NCBI RefSeq assembly: GCF_963921235.1
Contig: NC_086097.1
Coordinates: 104,844,001 to 104,908,000, forward strand
DNA from: Mobula hypostoma
Taxonomy: Eukaryota
Direction of reading: 5' to 3'
DNA length: 64,000 nt
This document shows, one piece after another, positions 25,339 to 38,761 of this stretch. The first letter of the stretch is position 1. Each line of letters begins with the position of its first letter. A program made the position numbers and the translations under genes. The notes below the pieces were generated by a model. That model searched no databases. It was not told the DNA's origin and saw nothing but the letters and a program-made list of their open reading frames with translations.

Positions 25339-26280
25339 GTAAGTTCTTATATTAGTGGAGCTATGGCCTGTCGCCTTGACTGTCTTTAGATAACTGGGAT
25401 TTTATTGCTTTTAATTTTCAGCAAAAAAAAGTAAAAATGGAATAAATCCTGCTCTTTGCCTTAAGTTTTAGAATAATAGGCCAAAGACATCTTTGATCAG
25501 CTATAAAGCAGATACCAACAGAGCCAGCGGTCTGGGTTAAGAAAGAACTTAAGTATTTCAGTAGTTGTCCAGCTACTGCATTCAAACCTGCTTTCCTTGG
25601 GCATGATGTAAAGAAATAAATGTAAATATGTGGGGATGAGATGGATGATGGATGATACATTGAAATAGTTGAATGCTTTGCTTGGGACAAAGCATCAGGG
25701 ATTTGATGAGGAAATGGGCTGCAAAAATGTTGAAGTATGGACAATTAAACTTCCAAGTTACAGAAGAAGTGGTTTCTTAGCAGCTGTGTCTTGAGGGAGG
25801 AATAAGATATCATTTGACAATGCCCTTGTGATTGGGGCTGTACAAAATAAGGATAATGAAGAATTGGGCATAAATATAATGGAGGAAGTTTATTTGCAGT
25901 GTAATGTGTTTGGTTAGGATGAAATGAATTTGGATAGAGGGGATTAAAAGCAAGGTTTGGTACCGATCAGCAGTGGCCGGTAGAAGAAAGAAGCAGATGT
26001 GTTTGGATGTTGACATCAGTAATTTGAGTTTGTGGGGGAGTATCAATGGGTATGATTGGACAGGGCATTACACAACAGGAGATGCCGTGGTTTAATTTAG
26101 TAAGAGTTACTCTGTCGCCACAGTTGTTTGGTTTGGATAGGTGGTGAGGAAGCTTCAGTAAAGGCAAGAATTAGGTAAATTCCAATACAACAGCAGCAAG
26201 CATGTGGATTTTACTTCAGCAGCAAGTGGAGGTACAAATTTTCCAGAAAATTCTCAGTGGGTGAATGAATTGAATTGACT

Positions 26281-26971
26281 GTGCGGGAGGAGAAGATGGC
26301 GGCGCGACGCAGCTCACAGCGGCCACTCCAGTGGTGATGTCTGTTGTTTGTCAAGTTGGGTGCCGTGCACAATCCTGATTTGACGGCGATAGATGTGAGA
26401 GCACGGAGGAACATCTGGTGAGACTTCTGAAATGCCTGCTTCACTACTGCTGCTACCATGTGGTCCAGAATCTCCAGAGGGGAAGGTCCCAAGTCCTCGG
26501 CTTTGCTTGTTGCTCGGCGGCCTTGGCAGAGTTGAAGCGCTCGGCAGAGGACGGTGCTCGGAGATGCTGTGTTGGAGGGGCTGGTCGGAGGCTCGAAGTT
26601 TGCAGACGTACTCAGAGTCCGCTGCGGTCAGGTGCTTCCAATGATGCTGCATCAGCAAGTTGGCGGTGCTTGGAGTTTCACGGCAGGGAGAGTTTCTCCC
26701 CTTCTGCCGCCTGCGTGAGACGATGAGTATCGGGACTTTGAGGCTTTTTTTTACCGTGCCCATGGTCTGCTCTTTATCGAATTATGGTATTGCTTTGCAC
26801 TGTTGTAACTATATGTTATAATTATGTGGTTTTGTCAGTTTTAGTCTTGGTTCGTCCTGTGTTTTTTTTTGTGATATCATTCTCGAGGAACATTGTTTCA
26901 TTTTTTAATACATGCATATCTCAATGACAATAAACGAGGACTAAGTGTCCTCATAATCTAATCTAATCTAA
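26281..26971 (+). mobile_element. Non-coding ~690 bp retroposon (copy 1): GC-rich AAGATGGCGG head, (TAATC)n tail
   Basis: Highly similar to 54885-55546. AATAAA followed by CTAATCTAATCTAA tail. Confidence 0.75.
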
Positions 26972-27259
26972 TTTCATACATCCTTCACATACGTGAGTAA
27001 AAATCTTTACATTACATCTCCATCTAAATGTGCAATGTCCACTCATAGTAATTTATAATAGAGCAGTCAATGTAATATAGAGTACACTCAAATCAGCGTG
27101 AGTTCATCAGTCTGATGTGGCCTGGTGGAAAAAGCTGTCCCGGAGCCTGTTGGTCCAGGGTTTTATGCTGCGGTATTGCTTCCTGTATGGTAGCAGCTGG
27201 AATAGATTGTGGTTGGGATGGCTTGGGTCCCCAATGATCCTACACCTGTCCTTGTAAAT

Positions 27260-29857
27260 AAGACCATAAGACAAAGGAGCAGAAGTAGGCCATTCGGCCC
27301 ATCGAGTCTGCTCCGCCATTTTATCATGAGCTGATCCATTCTCCTATTTACTCCCACTCCCCCGCCTTCTCACCATAACCTTTGATGCCCTGGCTACTCA
27401 GATACCTATCAATCTCTGCCTTAAATACACCCAATGACTTGGCCTCCACTGCTGCCCGTGGGAACAAATTCCATAGATTCACCACCCTCTGACTAAAAAA
27501 ATTTCTTTGCATTTTTGTTCTGAATCCACTCTGTCCATGCCTTTTAACATTTGAAATGTTTCTATGAGGTCTCCCCTCATTCTTCTAAACTCCAAGGAAT
27601 ACAGTCCAAGAGTGGACAAACGTTCCTCATATGTTAACCCTCTCATTCCCGGAATCATTCTAGTGAATCTTCTCTGTACCCTCTCCAACGTCAGCACATC
27701 CTTTCTTAAATAAGGAGACCAAAACTGCCCACAGTACTCCAAGTGAGGTCTCACCAGTGCCTTATAGAGCCTCAACATCACATCCCTGCTCCTATACTCT
27801 ATTCCTCTAGAAATGAATGCCAACATTACATTCGCCTTCTTCATTACTGACTCAGCCTGGAGGTTAACTTTAAGGGTATCCTGTACGAGGACTCCCAAGT
27901 CCCGTTGCATCTCAGAACTTTGAATTCTTTCCACATTTAAATAATAGTCTGCCCGTTTATTTTCTCTGCCAAAGTGCATAACCATACACTTTCCAACATT
28001 GTACTTCATTTGCCACTTCTCTGCCCATTCTTCCAATCTATCCAAGTCTCTCTGCAGACTCTCCGTTTCCTCAGCACTACCAGCCCCTCCACCTATCTTC
28101 GTATCGTCAGCAAACTTAGCCACAAAGCCATTCCATAATCCAAATCGTCGATGTTCAGTGTAAAAACAAGCGGCCCCAACACTGATCCCTGTGGAACACC
28201 ACTGGTAATCGGCAGCCAACCAGAATAGGATCCCTTTATTCCCACTCTGTTTCCTGCCAATCAGCCAACGCTCTATCCACGTATGTAACTTTCCCGTAAT
28301 TCCAAGGGCTCTTATCTTGTTAAGTAGCTTCATGTGTGGCACCTTGTCAAAGGCCTTCTGAAAATCCAAATATACAACATCCACTGCATCTCTCTTGTCT
28401 AGCCTACTGGTAATTTCATCAAAAAATTGTAATAAGTTTGTCAGGCAGGAATTTCCTTTAAGGAATCCATGCTGAGTTCTGCCTATCTTGTCATATGCCT
28501 CCAGGTACTCTGTAACCTCATCCTTGACAATCGACTCCAACAACTTCCCAACCACCGACGTCAAGCTAACAGGTCTATAATTTCCTTTTTGCTTCCTTGC
28601 CCCCTTCTTAAATAGCGGAGTGACATTTGCAATCTTCCAGTCTTCTGGAACCATGCCAGAATCTATTGACTTTTGAAAGATCATCGCTAATGCCTCCGCA
28701 ATCTCCACAGCTACTTCCTTCAGAACACGAGGGTGCATTCCATCTGGTTCCGGAGATTTATCTACCTTTAGCCTATTCAGCTTCCTGAGTACTTTCTCTG
28801 TCGTAATTGTGACTGCGCTCACTTCTCTTCCCTGCCACCCTTGAGTGTCCGGTATACTGCTGATGTCTTCCTCAGTGAAGACTGATGCAAAATACTCGTT
28901 CAGTTTCTCTGCCATCTCCTTATCTCCCATTACAATTTCTCCAGCATCATTTTCTATCGGCCCTATATCTACTCTCATCTGTCTTTTACTCTTTATATAC
29001 TTGAAAAAGCTTTTAGTATCCTCTTGGATATTATTTGCTAGCTTCCTTTCATAGTTAATCTTTTTTCTCTTAATGACCTTCTTGGTTTCCTTTTGTAAAG
29101 TTTTAAAAACTTCCCAATCCTCTGTCTTCCCACTAATTTTTGCTTCCTTGTATGCCCTCTCCTTTGCTTTAACTTTGGCTTTGACTTCTCTTGTCAACCA
29201 CGGTTGCATCCTTTTTCCACTCGAAAATTTCTTCTTTTTTGGAATATACCAGTCTTGCACATTCCTCATTTCTTGCATAAACTCCAGCCACTGCTGCTCT
29301 GCCGTCTTTCCCGCCAGTGTCCCTTTCCAGTCAACTTTGGCCAGTTCCTCTCTCATGCCACTGTAATTTCCTTTACTCCACTGAAATACCGACACATCAG
29401 ATTTCAGCTTCTCTTTTTCTAATTTCACAGTGAACTCAATCATGTTATGATCACTGCCTCCTAAGGGTTCCTTCACCTCAATCTCTCTAATCACCTCTGG
29501 TTCATTACACAATACTCAATCCAGTACAGCCGATCCCCTAGTGGGCTCAACAACAAGTTGTTCTTAAAAGCCATCTCGCAGACATTCTACAAATTCTCTG
29601 TCTTGAGATCCAGTGCTGATCTGATTTTCCCAATCTACTTGCATGTTAAAATCCCCCACAATTATCATAACACTGCCCTTCTGACAAACCTTTTCTGTTT
29701 CCAGTTGTAATTTGAAGTCCACATCCCTGCAGCTGTTTGGAGGCCTATAAATAACTGCCATCAGGGTCCTTTTACCCCTGCTATTTCTTAGCTCAACCCA
29801 TAAAGATTCTGCACCTTCCGATCCTATATCACCTCTTTCTAATGATTTAATATCATT
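27260..29857 (-). mobile_element. CR1 LINE, 5'-truncated (ORF2 endonuclease end + RT)
   Basis: ORF 27479-29512: [29 protein letters not shown]. Internal frameshifted segment and a deletion near 27520. Confidence 0.93.
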
Positions 29858-30410
29858 AGAATGTCCTGAATCATGGGAAGTTCACAACTACAGATGTGCT
29901 GGGCTGTCTGCACCACTCTTTGCAGAATCCTGCTATTAAGGGAGGGTACAGTTCCCATATCAGGCAGTGATGCAGTCTGTCAGGATGTTCCCAATTGTGC
30001 CCCTGTAGAATGTTCTTAGGATTTTGGGGTCCACACCAAACTTCCTCAACCATCTGACGTGAAAGAGGCACTGTTGTGCCTTTTTCACCACACAGCTCGT
30101 GTGTACAGACCACGTGAGGTCCTCGGTGATGTGCATGCCAAGGAACTTGAAGCTGTTTACCCTCTCAACCCGAACCCCAGATGGAAAGATGAAATATGGA
30201 AATGGCTAGTTATAAACATTGCTATAGAGTACTTTGGTAATGAGAGGATCTTGCATCTGAGGATCTGTAAGCCTAACATCAGTAGGGAAATTATTGTGGA
30301 AAAATAAGAGACATAATGATCACTTGGAAAAGCAGGAACTCAGCAGATGCAACCAGTATGGCTTTATCAAGTGACCAGTCAGCTTGAATTTTTAAAGAAG
30401 TAATATCGTA

Positions 30411-31579
30411 CAGGTTTCCCCCGCCATCCGAAGGTAGAGCGTTCCTATGAAACGGTTTGTAAGCCGAAATGTCGTAAAGCGAAGAAGCAATTACCATTTA
30501 TTTATATAGGAAAATTTTGTGAGCGTTTGCAGACCCAAAAATAACCTACCAAATCATGCCAAATAACACATAAATCCTAAAATAACAGTAACATATAGTA
30601 AAAGCAGGAATGATATGATAAATACACAGCCTATATAAAGTAGAAATACTTTTCCACAATCATTACTGAACTGTTCTTCAGAGCGAAAATCTCACGCAGG
30701 CGCCGTCGGCAGAAAATCTCACGCAAGCGCTGTTGGCAAGAACACTCTCTCCAATAACCTTTAAGCAATGAAGCTGCCAAATCATACCAAATAACACGTA
30801 AAAATACACAGCCGAAATAAAGTAGAAATAATGTATGTACACTTGCGGGAATTGGGAAGATAGCCTGCCGAGCACACTGATGATGGTGTGTTAGACTGAG
30901 TCGTCGCAGGTTGGGATGGTGCAGTGGCCCCCACCCTCCAGGCCGCCGAGCGATACATTGCTGCAAAGCATGCAGGAATGCAGCGGTAGCCGGGAGGCAC
31001 ACAGCACATCTTCAAGAAAAATGCCGAAATAAACAAGCTAATTAATTAGGTGCCGCCTGGCATGTAATTGTCGGCTCAGATCAGTGCCGATTTCCGATTG
31101 CGTAGTCTCTGATCTCGGCCGACAATTAGCTTTTTCATTATTCATTCGGTTTCGATTGTTATCCTTTCCTCTTCCAGATGCATCAGCTCTTCATCTATCA
31201 GTTCTTGGTCATGGGATGCCAAAACCTCTTCAACATCATCTTCATCAGCTTCCACAAGCCAAACTCACGTTGTCCTTACTTCGTTCACCACGATCGAAAT
31301 GCTTAATTATGTCTAGTTTTACGCTAAGTGTAACACTCTTACAAGCTCTTTCAGGCTTTTCCGATACCTTAGAACTCATCTTGCAAACGACTGCTCGCAG
31401 GCACCTGTTTAAGCAATGCCATTCTGAATCGGGGGTGGGGGGGAGCGACTGCCTTTTATCGCGAGCTGATTTTTTTCCTAACAGTGAAAACACCTGAAAG
31501 CGAAAACAGGGTAGTAATGTAGGTCTTTCGTAACAGTGAGGTTTCGTAAAGCAAACGTTCGAAAAGTGGGGGACACCTG
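30411..31579 (-). mobile_element. Tigger/pogo-like internally deleted DNA transposon (copy 1)
   Basis: TA|CAGGTTTCCCCC ... GGGGGACACCTG|TA. CENP-B-like HTH remnant KSVTLSVKLDIIKHFDRGE. Confidence 0.88.
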
Positions 31580-32221
31580 TATTGGCAAGGCAGTGCAATA
31601 GATGTGATTTATATGGATTTACAAGAGTTGAAGGTCTTCAATGAGATACCATGGGAGACTGGTTAAAAGGTTAGAGCCTATGGGATCCAGGACAAGTTGG
31701 CAAATTAGGTCCTTATTGGCATGGTAATAGGAGATAAGGTGATGGGGGACTGTTTTTTTAATGATTGGAATCCTGTGATAGGTGGTGTGTCCTGGGATCA
31801 CTGGTGGAACCTTTGCTTTTTGAAATATGGCTAGATGTGGATTTTCAGATTGTGATTGGCAAGTTCTCAGATGACAGATTGGTAGCTTTGATGGTGTGAA
31901 AGGCAGTGTTTGGCTACAGGGTGGCATTGATATGTTGGTGAAATGGGCTGAGATACAGCAGATGAAATTTAATCCAGATTAGTGTGGGGTGATGAAATTT
32001 GGAATACAAAGGAGGCTGGGACGTATTATCATGAATGGGAAGGTCTTTGGGAATATTAAAAACAGATGGACCTTGGAGTATGCAACTTCAAAGATGCTTG
32101 AAGATGACTGTTCAAGTTGATGATATGGTTGAGAAGGCATATGTGATTCTGGCCTTCATTAGTCAGGGCCATTGAATATAAGAGTAGAGTGCCTGTATTC
32201 AAACTTTATAAGACAAGCCAA

Positions 32222-34482
32222 GCTTATTTGTATAGCACTTTACAAACACAAGGCAGTTCAAAGTGCTTTACATAAAACAAGATAAAGGTTTCCCCCGCCA
32301 TCCGAAGGTACAGCGTTCCTATGAAACGGTTCGTAAGCCGGAATGTCGTAAAGCGAAGAAGCAATTGCCATTTATTTATATGGGAAAAATTTGTGAGAGT
32401 TCGCAGACCCAAAAAATAACCTACCAAATCATGCCAAATAACACATAAAACCTAAAATAACAGTAACATATAGTAAAAGCAGGTATGATATGATAAATAC
32501 ACGGCCTATATAAAGTAGAAATACTTTTCTACAATCATTGCCGCACTGTTCTCCGTAGTGAAAATCTCATGCAAGTGCTCTTGGCAGAAACAGTTTCCAG
32601 TAACCTTTAAGCTATGAAGCTGCCAAATCATAACAAATAACACATAAAAATACACAGCCTATATAAAGTAGAAATAATGTATGTACAGTGTAGTATCACT
32701 TACTGGAATTGTGAAGACAGCGCCGATCACACTGATGATGGTGTGTTAGGCTGAGTCGTCGGATGTTGGGTTGATGCCCTGGTCCCCAACCTCCGGGCAG
32801 CGAACCAATACCAATCCGCGGAGAATGCAGCGGTAGCCCGGACGCTCCCAGCACATCTTTAAGAAAAAAGCCAAAATAAACAAGCTAATTAATTAGGTGC
32901 CACTCGGCACCTAATTGTCGGCCCAGAGAGAGGTGACGCAATCCTAGCCACCGCTGCATTCTCTGTGGCAATGTATCGGTCTGAGAGTTGGGGTTGTGGG
33001 ACACTGGGGTGTCATTTCATCGTCGTCTGTTTCCATCAGGGCAGGCAGGTCATCTTCTATCTCTGCCTGCCTCGATGTCGAAGGTCAAGGTTCGTTGTCT
33101 GCTGTGGCTGATGTGGAAGGCTTGAAAAACGACAGTATGCTTGACTGCTTAGCCTTGCGCATTTTTCTATCATACAGTTCTTTGTAAGCAAACCATCCTG
33201 CAAATATGCCCTAAACCTACGTACCCTTTCAAAATTAAAGTCGTACTTTTCTGCAATCATTGTTGTCAATTGCAGCGAAAATCTCAAGCAGTTGCTTCAC
33301 GTTCAGTTCCTGGACAGCTTCACTTTCGGTCCGTTCGCTACTGCATTCAGTTTCGATTATTATCCTGTCCTCTTCCAATTGCATCAGCTCTTCATCTATC
33401 AGTTCTTGGTCATGGGATGCCAAAACCTCTTCAATATCATCTTCGTCAACTTCCACAAGCCAAACTCACTTTGCCCTTACTTTGTTCACCACGATCGAAA
33501 TGCTTAATTATGTCTAGTTTTATGCTAAGTGTAGCACCCTTACGAGCTCTTTTAGGCTTTTCCGATACCTTGGAACTTGCTAATGGCTGCTCACAGGCAC
33601 GTGTTTAAGCAATGCCAGCTAGAATGCAGTTCCGGGGGAGGAGCTTGGCTGCTTGGGGTGTGTGCTGCCTTTTATCGCGTGCTGCCTTTTTTCGTAAGTG
33701 AAAACACCTGTTAGCGAAAACAGGTAACTATTGTAGGTCTTCCGTAACAGCGAGGTTTCGTAAAGCGAATGTTCGAAAAGCAGGGGACACCTGTATAAAA
33801 AAATCAAACATCGACTTTCAGACAATATAAAGGAATAAAATCACATAAAATAAAGAAATAAAAGTTGCAGTGCAGGAGATTCTAATTCAAAGCTACGGCG
33901 AAAAGAAAAGTTTTAAGCCTCGATTTAAAAGAGCTTAAAGTTGGTGCAGACTTCAGATCCTCTGGAAGGTTATTCTATATCTGGAGCATAGTAACTAAAA
34001 GCTGCTTCACCATGTTTAGTTTTGACCCTGGGGACTGTAAGCAGATCCACCCCAGACGACCTGAGAGCTCGGGAAAGTTCATAATGCAACAAGAGATGGG
34101 AGATGTATTTTGGCCCTAGACCATTCAGTGCTTTATAAACTAGTAGTAATACTTTAAAGTCAATCCTCTGATGGACAGGAAGCCGGTGTAGTGATCTGAG
34201 AATGGGAGTGATATGTTCTACTTTCTTGGTCTTAGTGAGGACCCTAGCAGCGGCGTTCTGAGTGAACTGCAGCTGTCTGAGGGAATTTTTACAGAGACCT
34301 GTGAAAACGCCATTTCAATAGTCAGGCCTACTAAACATAAATGCAAGGATGAGCTTTTCCAGGTCTTGCTGAGACACAAACCCTTTAACTCTCACTATTT
34401 TAAAGATGGTAGTAGGCTGACTTTGAAATTGTCTTAATGTGGCAGTTAAAATTTAGGTCGGAGTCCATCAGAATACCAAGGT
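32222..34482 (-). mobile_element. L2 LINE 3' fragment hosting Tigger copy 2
   Basis: L2-like 3' end TTATTTGTATAGCACTTTAC...AAAGTGCTTTAC. Sequence continues at 33795-34482. Confidence 0.65.
32285..33793 (-). mobile_element. Tigger/pogo-like DNA transposon (copy 2)
   Basis: Same termini with flanking TA. C-terminal remnant EVDEDDIEEVLASHDQELIDEELMQL. Confidence 0.88.
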
Positions 34483-35401
34483 AAAACATTTATCAGACAT
34501 AAGCTGGAGTAATATGTGCAGTTCTAGTTACAGGTTCGGTCTGCTTTCCATGTAATGGCGGTGGTTGAGAGGTTTATTTTGTCTTATGTAAAACTGAGGG
34601 CTTTAGATGGGTAGACTGCAGGAAACATTTTCTTGATTATAAATGAATTAAGTTAGAGGAACATTCAAGAGGGACATCATCCAAAGAATGTTGTGTGCAT
34701 CACTGGAAAGTGTGGGGAAGCACTGGTCTAATGATCACTTAAATTGCCTAGAGATGGAAGGCTACATACCAAGTGCTGTGGAAAACAAGATTAATATGGA
34801 TGGGTGCCCATGTGGTGGTGTGTATGGTCTGGCTCTGAGGGAGATGTACAATATTACAAAAGGAACTCAAGTCTGCTTATTAGAGAATGAGAAGCAAGAG
34901 CAGACCCTTGCCTGCACAATCATGCATTGAGATCATGGTGGTCACGTAATTCTGCCATTTTCCTGCACTATTCACACAGCCTTTGATTCCCTTGATGTCT
35001 GGAAATCTGTTGATCTCTGGATGAACATGGCCTCTTGTCCTTTGGGGGAAAATCTCCATGAATTATCTTTCTCCACCAAATTTCTCCTCTTATGACTGGC
35101 CTTACCCAGTACTGCGAAAAAGAGTACTGATGTCTATTTGACTTTGTGCAGTCATCATTGAGAACTGGTGATGATGATTTTAATTAAAAAAATTTTGAAC
35201 TTGGCAATTGGGAGTTGGTCAGAATAACTTTTGATTTCAATAAATTTCTGTTGAATTCTAATCCTGTCTGTGTTTTCATGCATGCAGTGAATTTATAGAT
35301 TATGGTTAAAAGCAGGGCCCTTGACTAATTTGACGTTCTTTGCTGGTGGCAAAATTGTTACCTTTTTGCAAGGTTAATTTTGGCTATTTATATTTGTGCA
35401 G

Positions 35402-35579
35402 AAAAGAGGAAGTTCCAGCGAAATCACTTCCTGTCACTTTGCCAGAGGAACTCAACAAAATCAGGCTCTCACGGTATAAACTGGAGCGATGGTGTCACAT
35501 GCCCTTCTTTTCGAAAACAGCAGTTGGGTGCTTTGTTCGCATTGGCATTGGAAACAGCAACGGGAAGCCAGTGTACAGG
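35402..35579 (+). CDS. RTF1: RTF1 coding exon, start of Plus3 domain
   Basis: gtgcag| ... |gtaagt. Encodes [59 protein letters not shown]. Confidence 0.96.
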
Positions 35580-35740
35580 GTAAGTGTGGATCAGTGGCTA
35601 GTGTACAGGGTGAGTGTGCCCAGTGTACAGGATGAGTGTGGAATGTACAGGGTGAGTGTGGAGTGTGGCCAGTGTACAGGGTTAGTGTGGAGTGTGGCCA
35701 GTGTACAGGGTAGGTGTGGAGTGTGGCTACAGGTGTGGAA
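35568..35740 (+). repeat. Minisatellite (~20-30 bp unit CCAGTGTACAGG-GT(G/A)AGTGTGGAGTGTGG) overlapping the exon donor
   Basis: About 6 tandem copies starting within the last codons of exon 35402-35579. Confidence 0.9.
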
Positions 35741-36559
35741 GTTATCAATGGGGGTGGAGAAAACATTTCCTGCTGTGGGAGAATCTAACTGAGGCATCAC
35801 TTTTTTAAAAACTATACATTTGCCCATTTAGGATAGGATAATTTCACTTAGATGGGGCAATTTTATTCCTCTCTGTCATAATTGTTGAAGCTCTGCTGTG
35901 TGGCCACTCAACGGGGCTAATGTCTATTTAGAGCCTTCTTGTAAATCTGTTCTGGTGACCACACTTTACCTTGTTGAATGAAACGCAGACTTTTGACCAA
36001 GGCAATTTCTTCTGATTGGACATACAGTACCTGTCTTCAGAATGGTCTCATCATGAATGTTTGTGAGGAGCAATCATTAATACTGTTTTACATGAGATGT
36101 TGAAGCAGAATTTTGTGCTCATGCCAGATTCTTCCACTTGGTCTGTGTATTGGCATTCAAGTGTACAACTTTATCTCCTTAAACCATCAACCTGGAATTA
36201 TCTTGTGAAATTCATCCATGTGAATCCAGTGTCCATTATATCCAATCACAAATTGGGTTCTTAGTGGAAAGTGCCCATTGTCTGAGTGCCAGAGTTTTTC
36301 CGCCATCACAATATAAGTTAGGAGTGCGATGGAATGAATTTATCTTATTGTGTGTTGCTCCCAACAGCAATTTAAAAAATTGACACCATCCAAATCAAAG
36401 TTGTCGACTTCATTAAATCCCATCTACCTGCCTAAAAATATAACACTTTTGTTATTTGAATTTTAAGCTTTTGCAGGCTATGCTGAGTGACTGAGTGGAA
36501 ATCTGGCCAACTGAAATTACAGCCCCTTTGTCCCTTAAAATAATCTTCCAGGGTAAATG

Positions 36560-38095
36560 CAAGTAGGCTTTTTCCACTGAGATTGGGTAAGACTCAAACT
36601 AGAGGACATGAATTAAGGGAGAAAGGTGAAATGTTTAAGGGGGCATAGGGAGAACTTCTTCGCTCAGTGTGGTGAGAGTGTGGAATGACCTACCAGTGCA
36701 AGTGGTAGATGCAGGGTTAATTTCAACATTTAAGAGAAATTTGGTTAGGTGCACATGGATGGGAGAGGTATAGAGAGCTATGGTCCGAGTGCAGGTCGAT
36801 GAGACAAGGCAGATTATTGGTTCGGCATTGACTAGGTGGTCCAAAGGGCGTTTTTCTGTGGTTTAGTGATCTATGACTCAAACTCTAAAAGTTTTTTCAG
36901 ATATATAAAGAATAAAAGAGAGATAAGCGTGATATCAGACCACTGGAAAATTACACTAGAGAGTTAGTAATGGGGGGACAAGGAAATGGCGGCCAAACTT
37001 AAATATTTTATGTTATTGGTATTAATAAGGAGAAGATGCTTGGGGAGGTGAAAGGTCTGAAGGTAGCTAAGTCATCTGGAACATTTGGATTACATCCCAG
37101 GGTTCTGAAAGAGGAGGCTGAAGAGATTGTGGAGGCATTAGTAGTGATTTTTCAAGAATTACTAGATTCTGGAATGGTTCCAAAGGACTGGAAAATTGCA
37201 AATGTCACTCCACTCTTTAAGAAGGGAGGGAGGCGAAAAGGATATTATACACCAGTTATCCTGACTTCAGTGGTTGGGAAGATGTTGGAGTCCATTATTA
37301 AGGATAAGGTTTTGGGGTGCTTGGAGGCACAAAATAGGCCAAAGCCAGCATAGTTTCTTTAATGGGTAATCTTACCTGACAAATCCATTGGAATTCTTTG
37401 AGGAAATAACAGGCAAGATAGACAAAGGAGTGGCAGTGGAAATTGTTTACCTGGTTTTTCAGAAGGCCTTTGACAAGGTATCACACTAGAGGCTGCTAAA
37501 CAAGGTAAAGGCCTATGGTATCGCAGGAAAGATGCTAGCATAGATAGAGATTGGCAGACTGGCAGGAGGAAGAGAGTGGAAATAAGCAGGGCCTTTTCTT
37601 GTTGGTTGTTGGTAACTTGGGGTGTTCTGCAAGTGGTGTTGGGACCACTTTTAGTGTAATATGACAGAATTGATGGCTTCATGGGCAAATTTGTGGATGA
37701 TATGAAGATAGGTAGGGGGCAGATGATGTTGAGGAGTCTGCAGAAGGACTGAAACATTAGGAGAATGGTCAAAGAAGGGATAGATGTAAGATAGTGTGGG
37801 GAGTGTATGGTCTTTGGTAAAAGAAAAATAAGCGTAGACTATTTTCTAAATGGAGAAAAAAATTCAGAAATCAGAGATGCAAAGGAACTTGGGAGTCATC
37901 ATGCAGTCCTGTTCTGGAGAAACATTGTTTCGTTTGGTTATGTATACACACCAGATGACTATAAACTTTATTCCCTGAAGGTTAACTTGCAGCTTGAGTC
38001 AGTGTTGAGAGGACTAGAATATAAAGGCAAAGATATAATGCTGAGGCTTTATAAGTCATTGATTAAACCACACTTGGAGTATTGTGAGCAGTCTT
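36560..38095 (+). mobile_element. Degenerate CR1 fragments
   Basis: GLHPRVLKE..DWKIANVTPLFKKG and LYKSLIKPHLEYC remnants. Confidence 0.8.
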
Positions 38096-38761
38096 CAAGA
38101 TTCGAGATTGCTTAATGTCATTTCCTGTACACAAGTGTAAAGGAGAACAAAATAAAGCCAGATCCAATGCAGCACCACAAAAAGCACATAAGACTATAAG
38201 ATATAGGAGCAGAAGTAGGCCATTTGGCCCTTTGAGTCTGCTCCGCCATTCAATCATGGGCTGATCCAATTCTTCCAGCCATTCTCACTCCCCTACTTTC
38301 ACCCCATACTCTTTGATGCCCTAGTTAATCAAGAACCTATCTATCTCTGCCTTAAATACACCCAATGACTTAGCCTCCACAGCCACTCATGGCAACAAAT
38401 TCCACAGCTTTACCAACCTCTGACTTTTTAATTTCTCTGCATCTCAGTTCTAAAAGGACGTTGTTTGTCCCTCTTGTCCTAGAATCCACTACCATGGGAA
38501 ATAACTTTGCCATATCTAATCTGTTCAGGACTTTTAACATTTGGAATGCTTCTGTGAGATTCCCCCTCATTGTCCTGAACTCCAGGGAATACAGCTCAAG
38601 AGCTGACAGACGTTCTTCATACGGTAACCCTTTCATTCCTGGAATCATTCTCGCGAATCTTCTCTGAACCCTCTCCAATGTCAGTATACCCCTTCTAAAA
38701 TAAGGAGCCCAAAACTGCACACAATGCTCCACAAGTGCTTTATAGAGCCTCAACATCACAT

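Larger units (their letters stand above)
26260..30180 (-). mobile_element. Rex1/L2-type LINE 3' part, split by two insertions (main pieces ~26972-27255 and ~29858-30180)
   Basis: C-terminal motif IIGDPSHPNHNLFQLLP..RLRDSFFHQA. Upstream part resumes after the CR1. (GAATT)n-like tail at ~26265-26280. Confidence 0.7.
31582..34830 (+). mobile_element. Old CR1 fragment (31582-32215 and ~34483-34830) hosting the L2
   Basis: Degenerate RT sequence (AIDVIYMD, KFSDD) and a CR1-type 3' region after the L2. Confidence 0.6.

Noticed and set aside
26314..26763. Overlapping ORFs similar to those at 54718-55325, suggesting a duplicated small gene
   Set aside because: They derive from two copies of a GC-rich repeat, and frames are not conserved between copies.
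27479..29512. 677-aa ORF as a functional or domesticated RT gene
   Set aside because: 5'-truncated CR1 with an out-of-frame segment replacing the GVPQG motif and a 3' deletion.
35340..35792. ORF-track proteins extending RTF1 exons (also 9774-10019, 22649-22936, 59646-59873, 59953-60237, 61845-62294)
   Set aside because: Only the splice-bounded cores match RTF1. The extensions are intron read-through.
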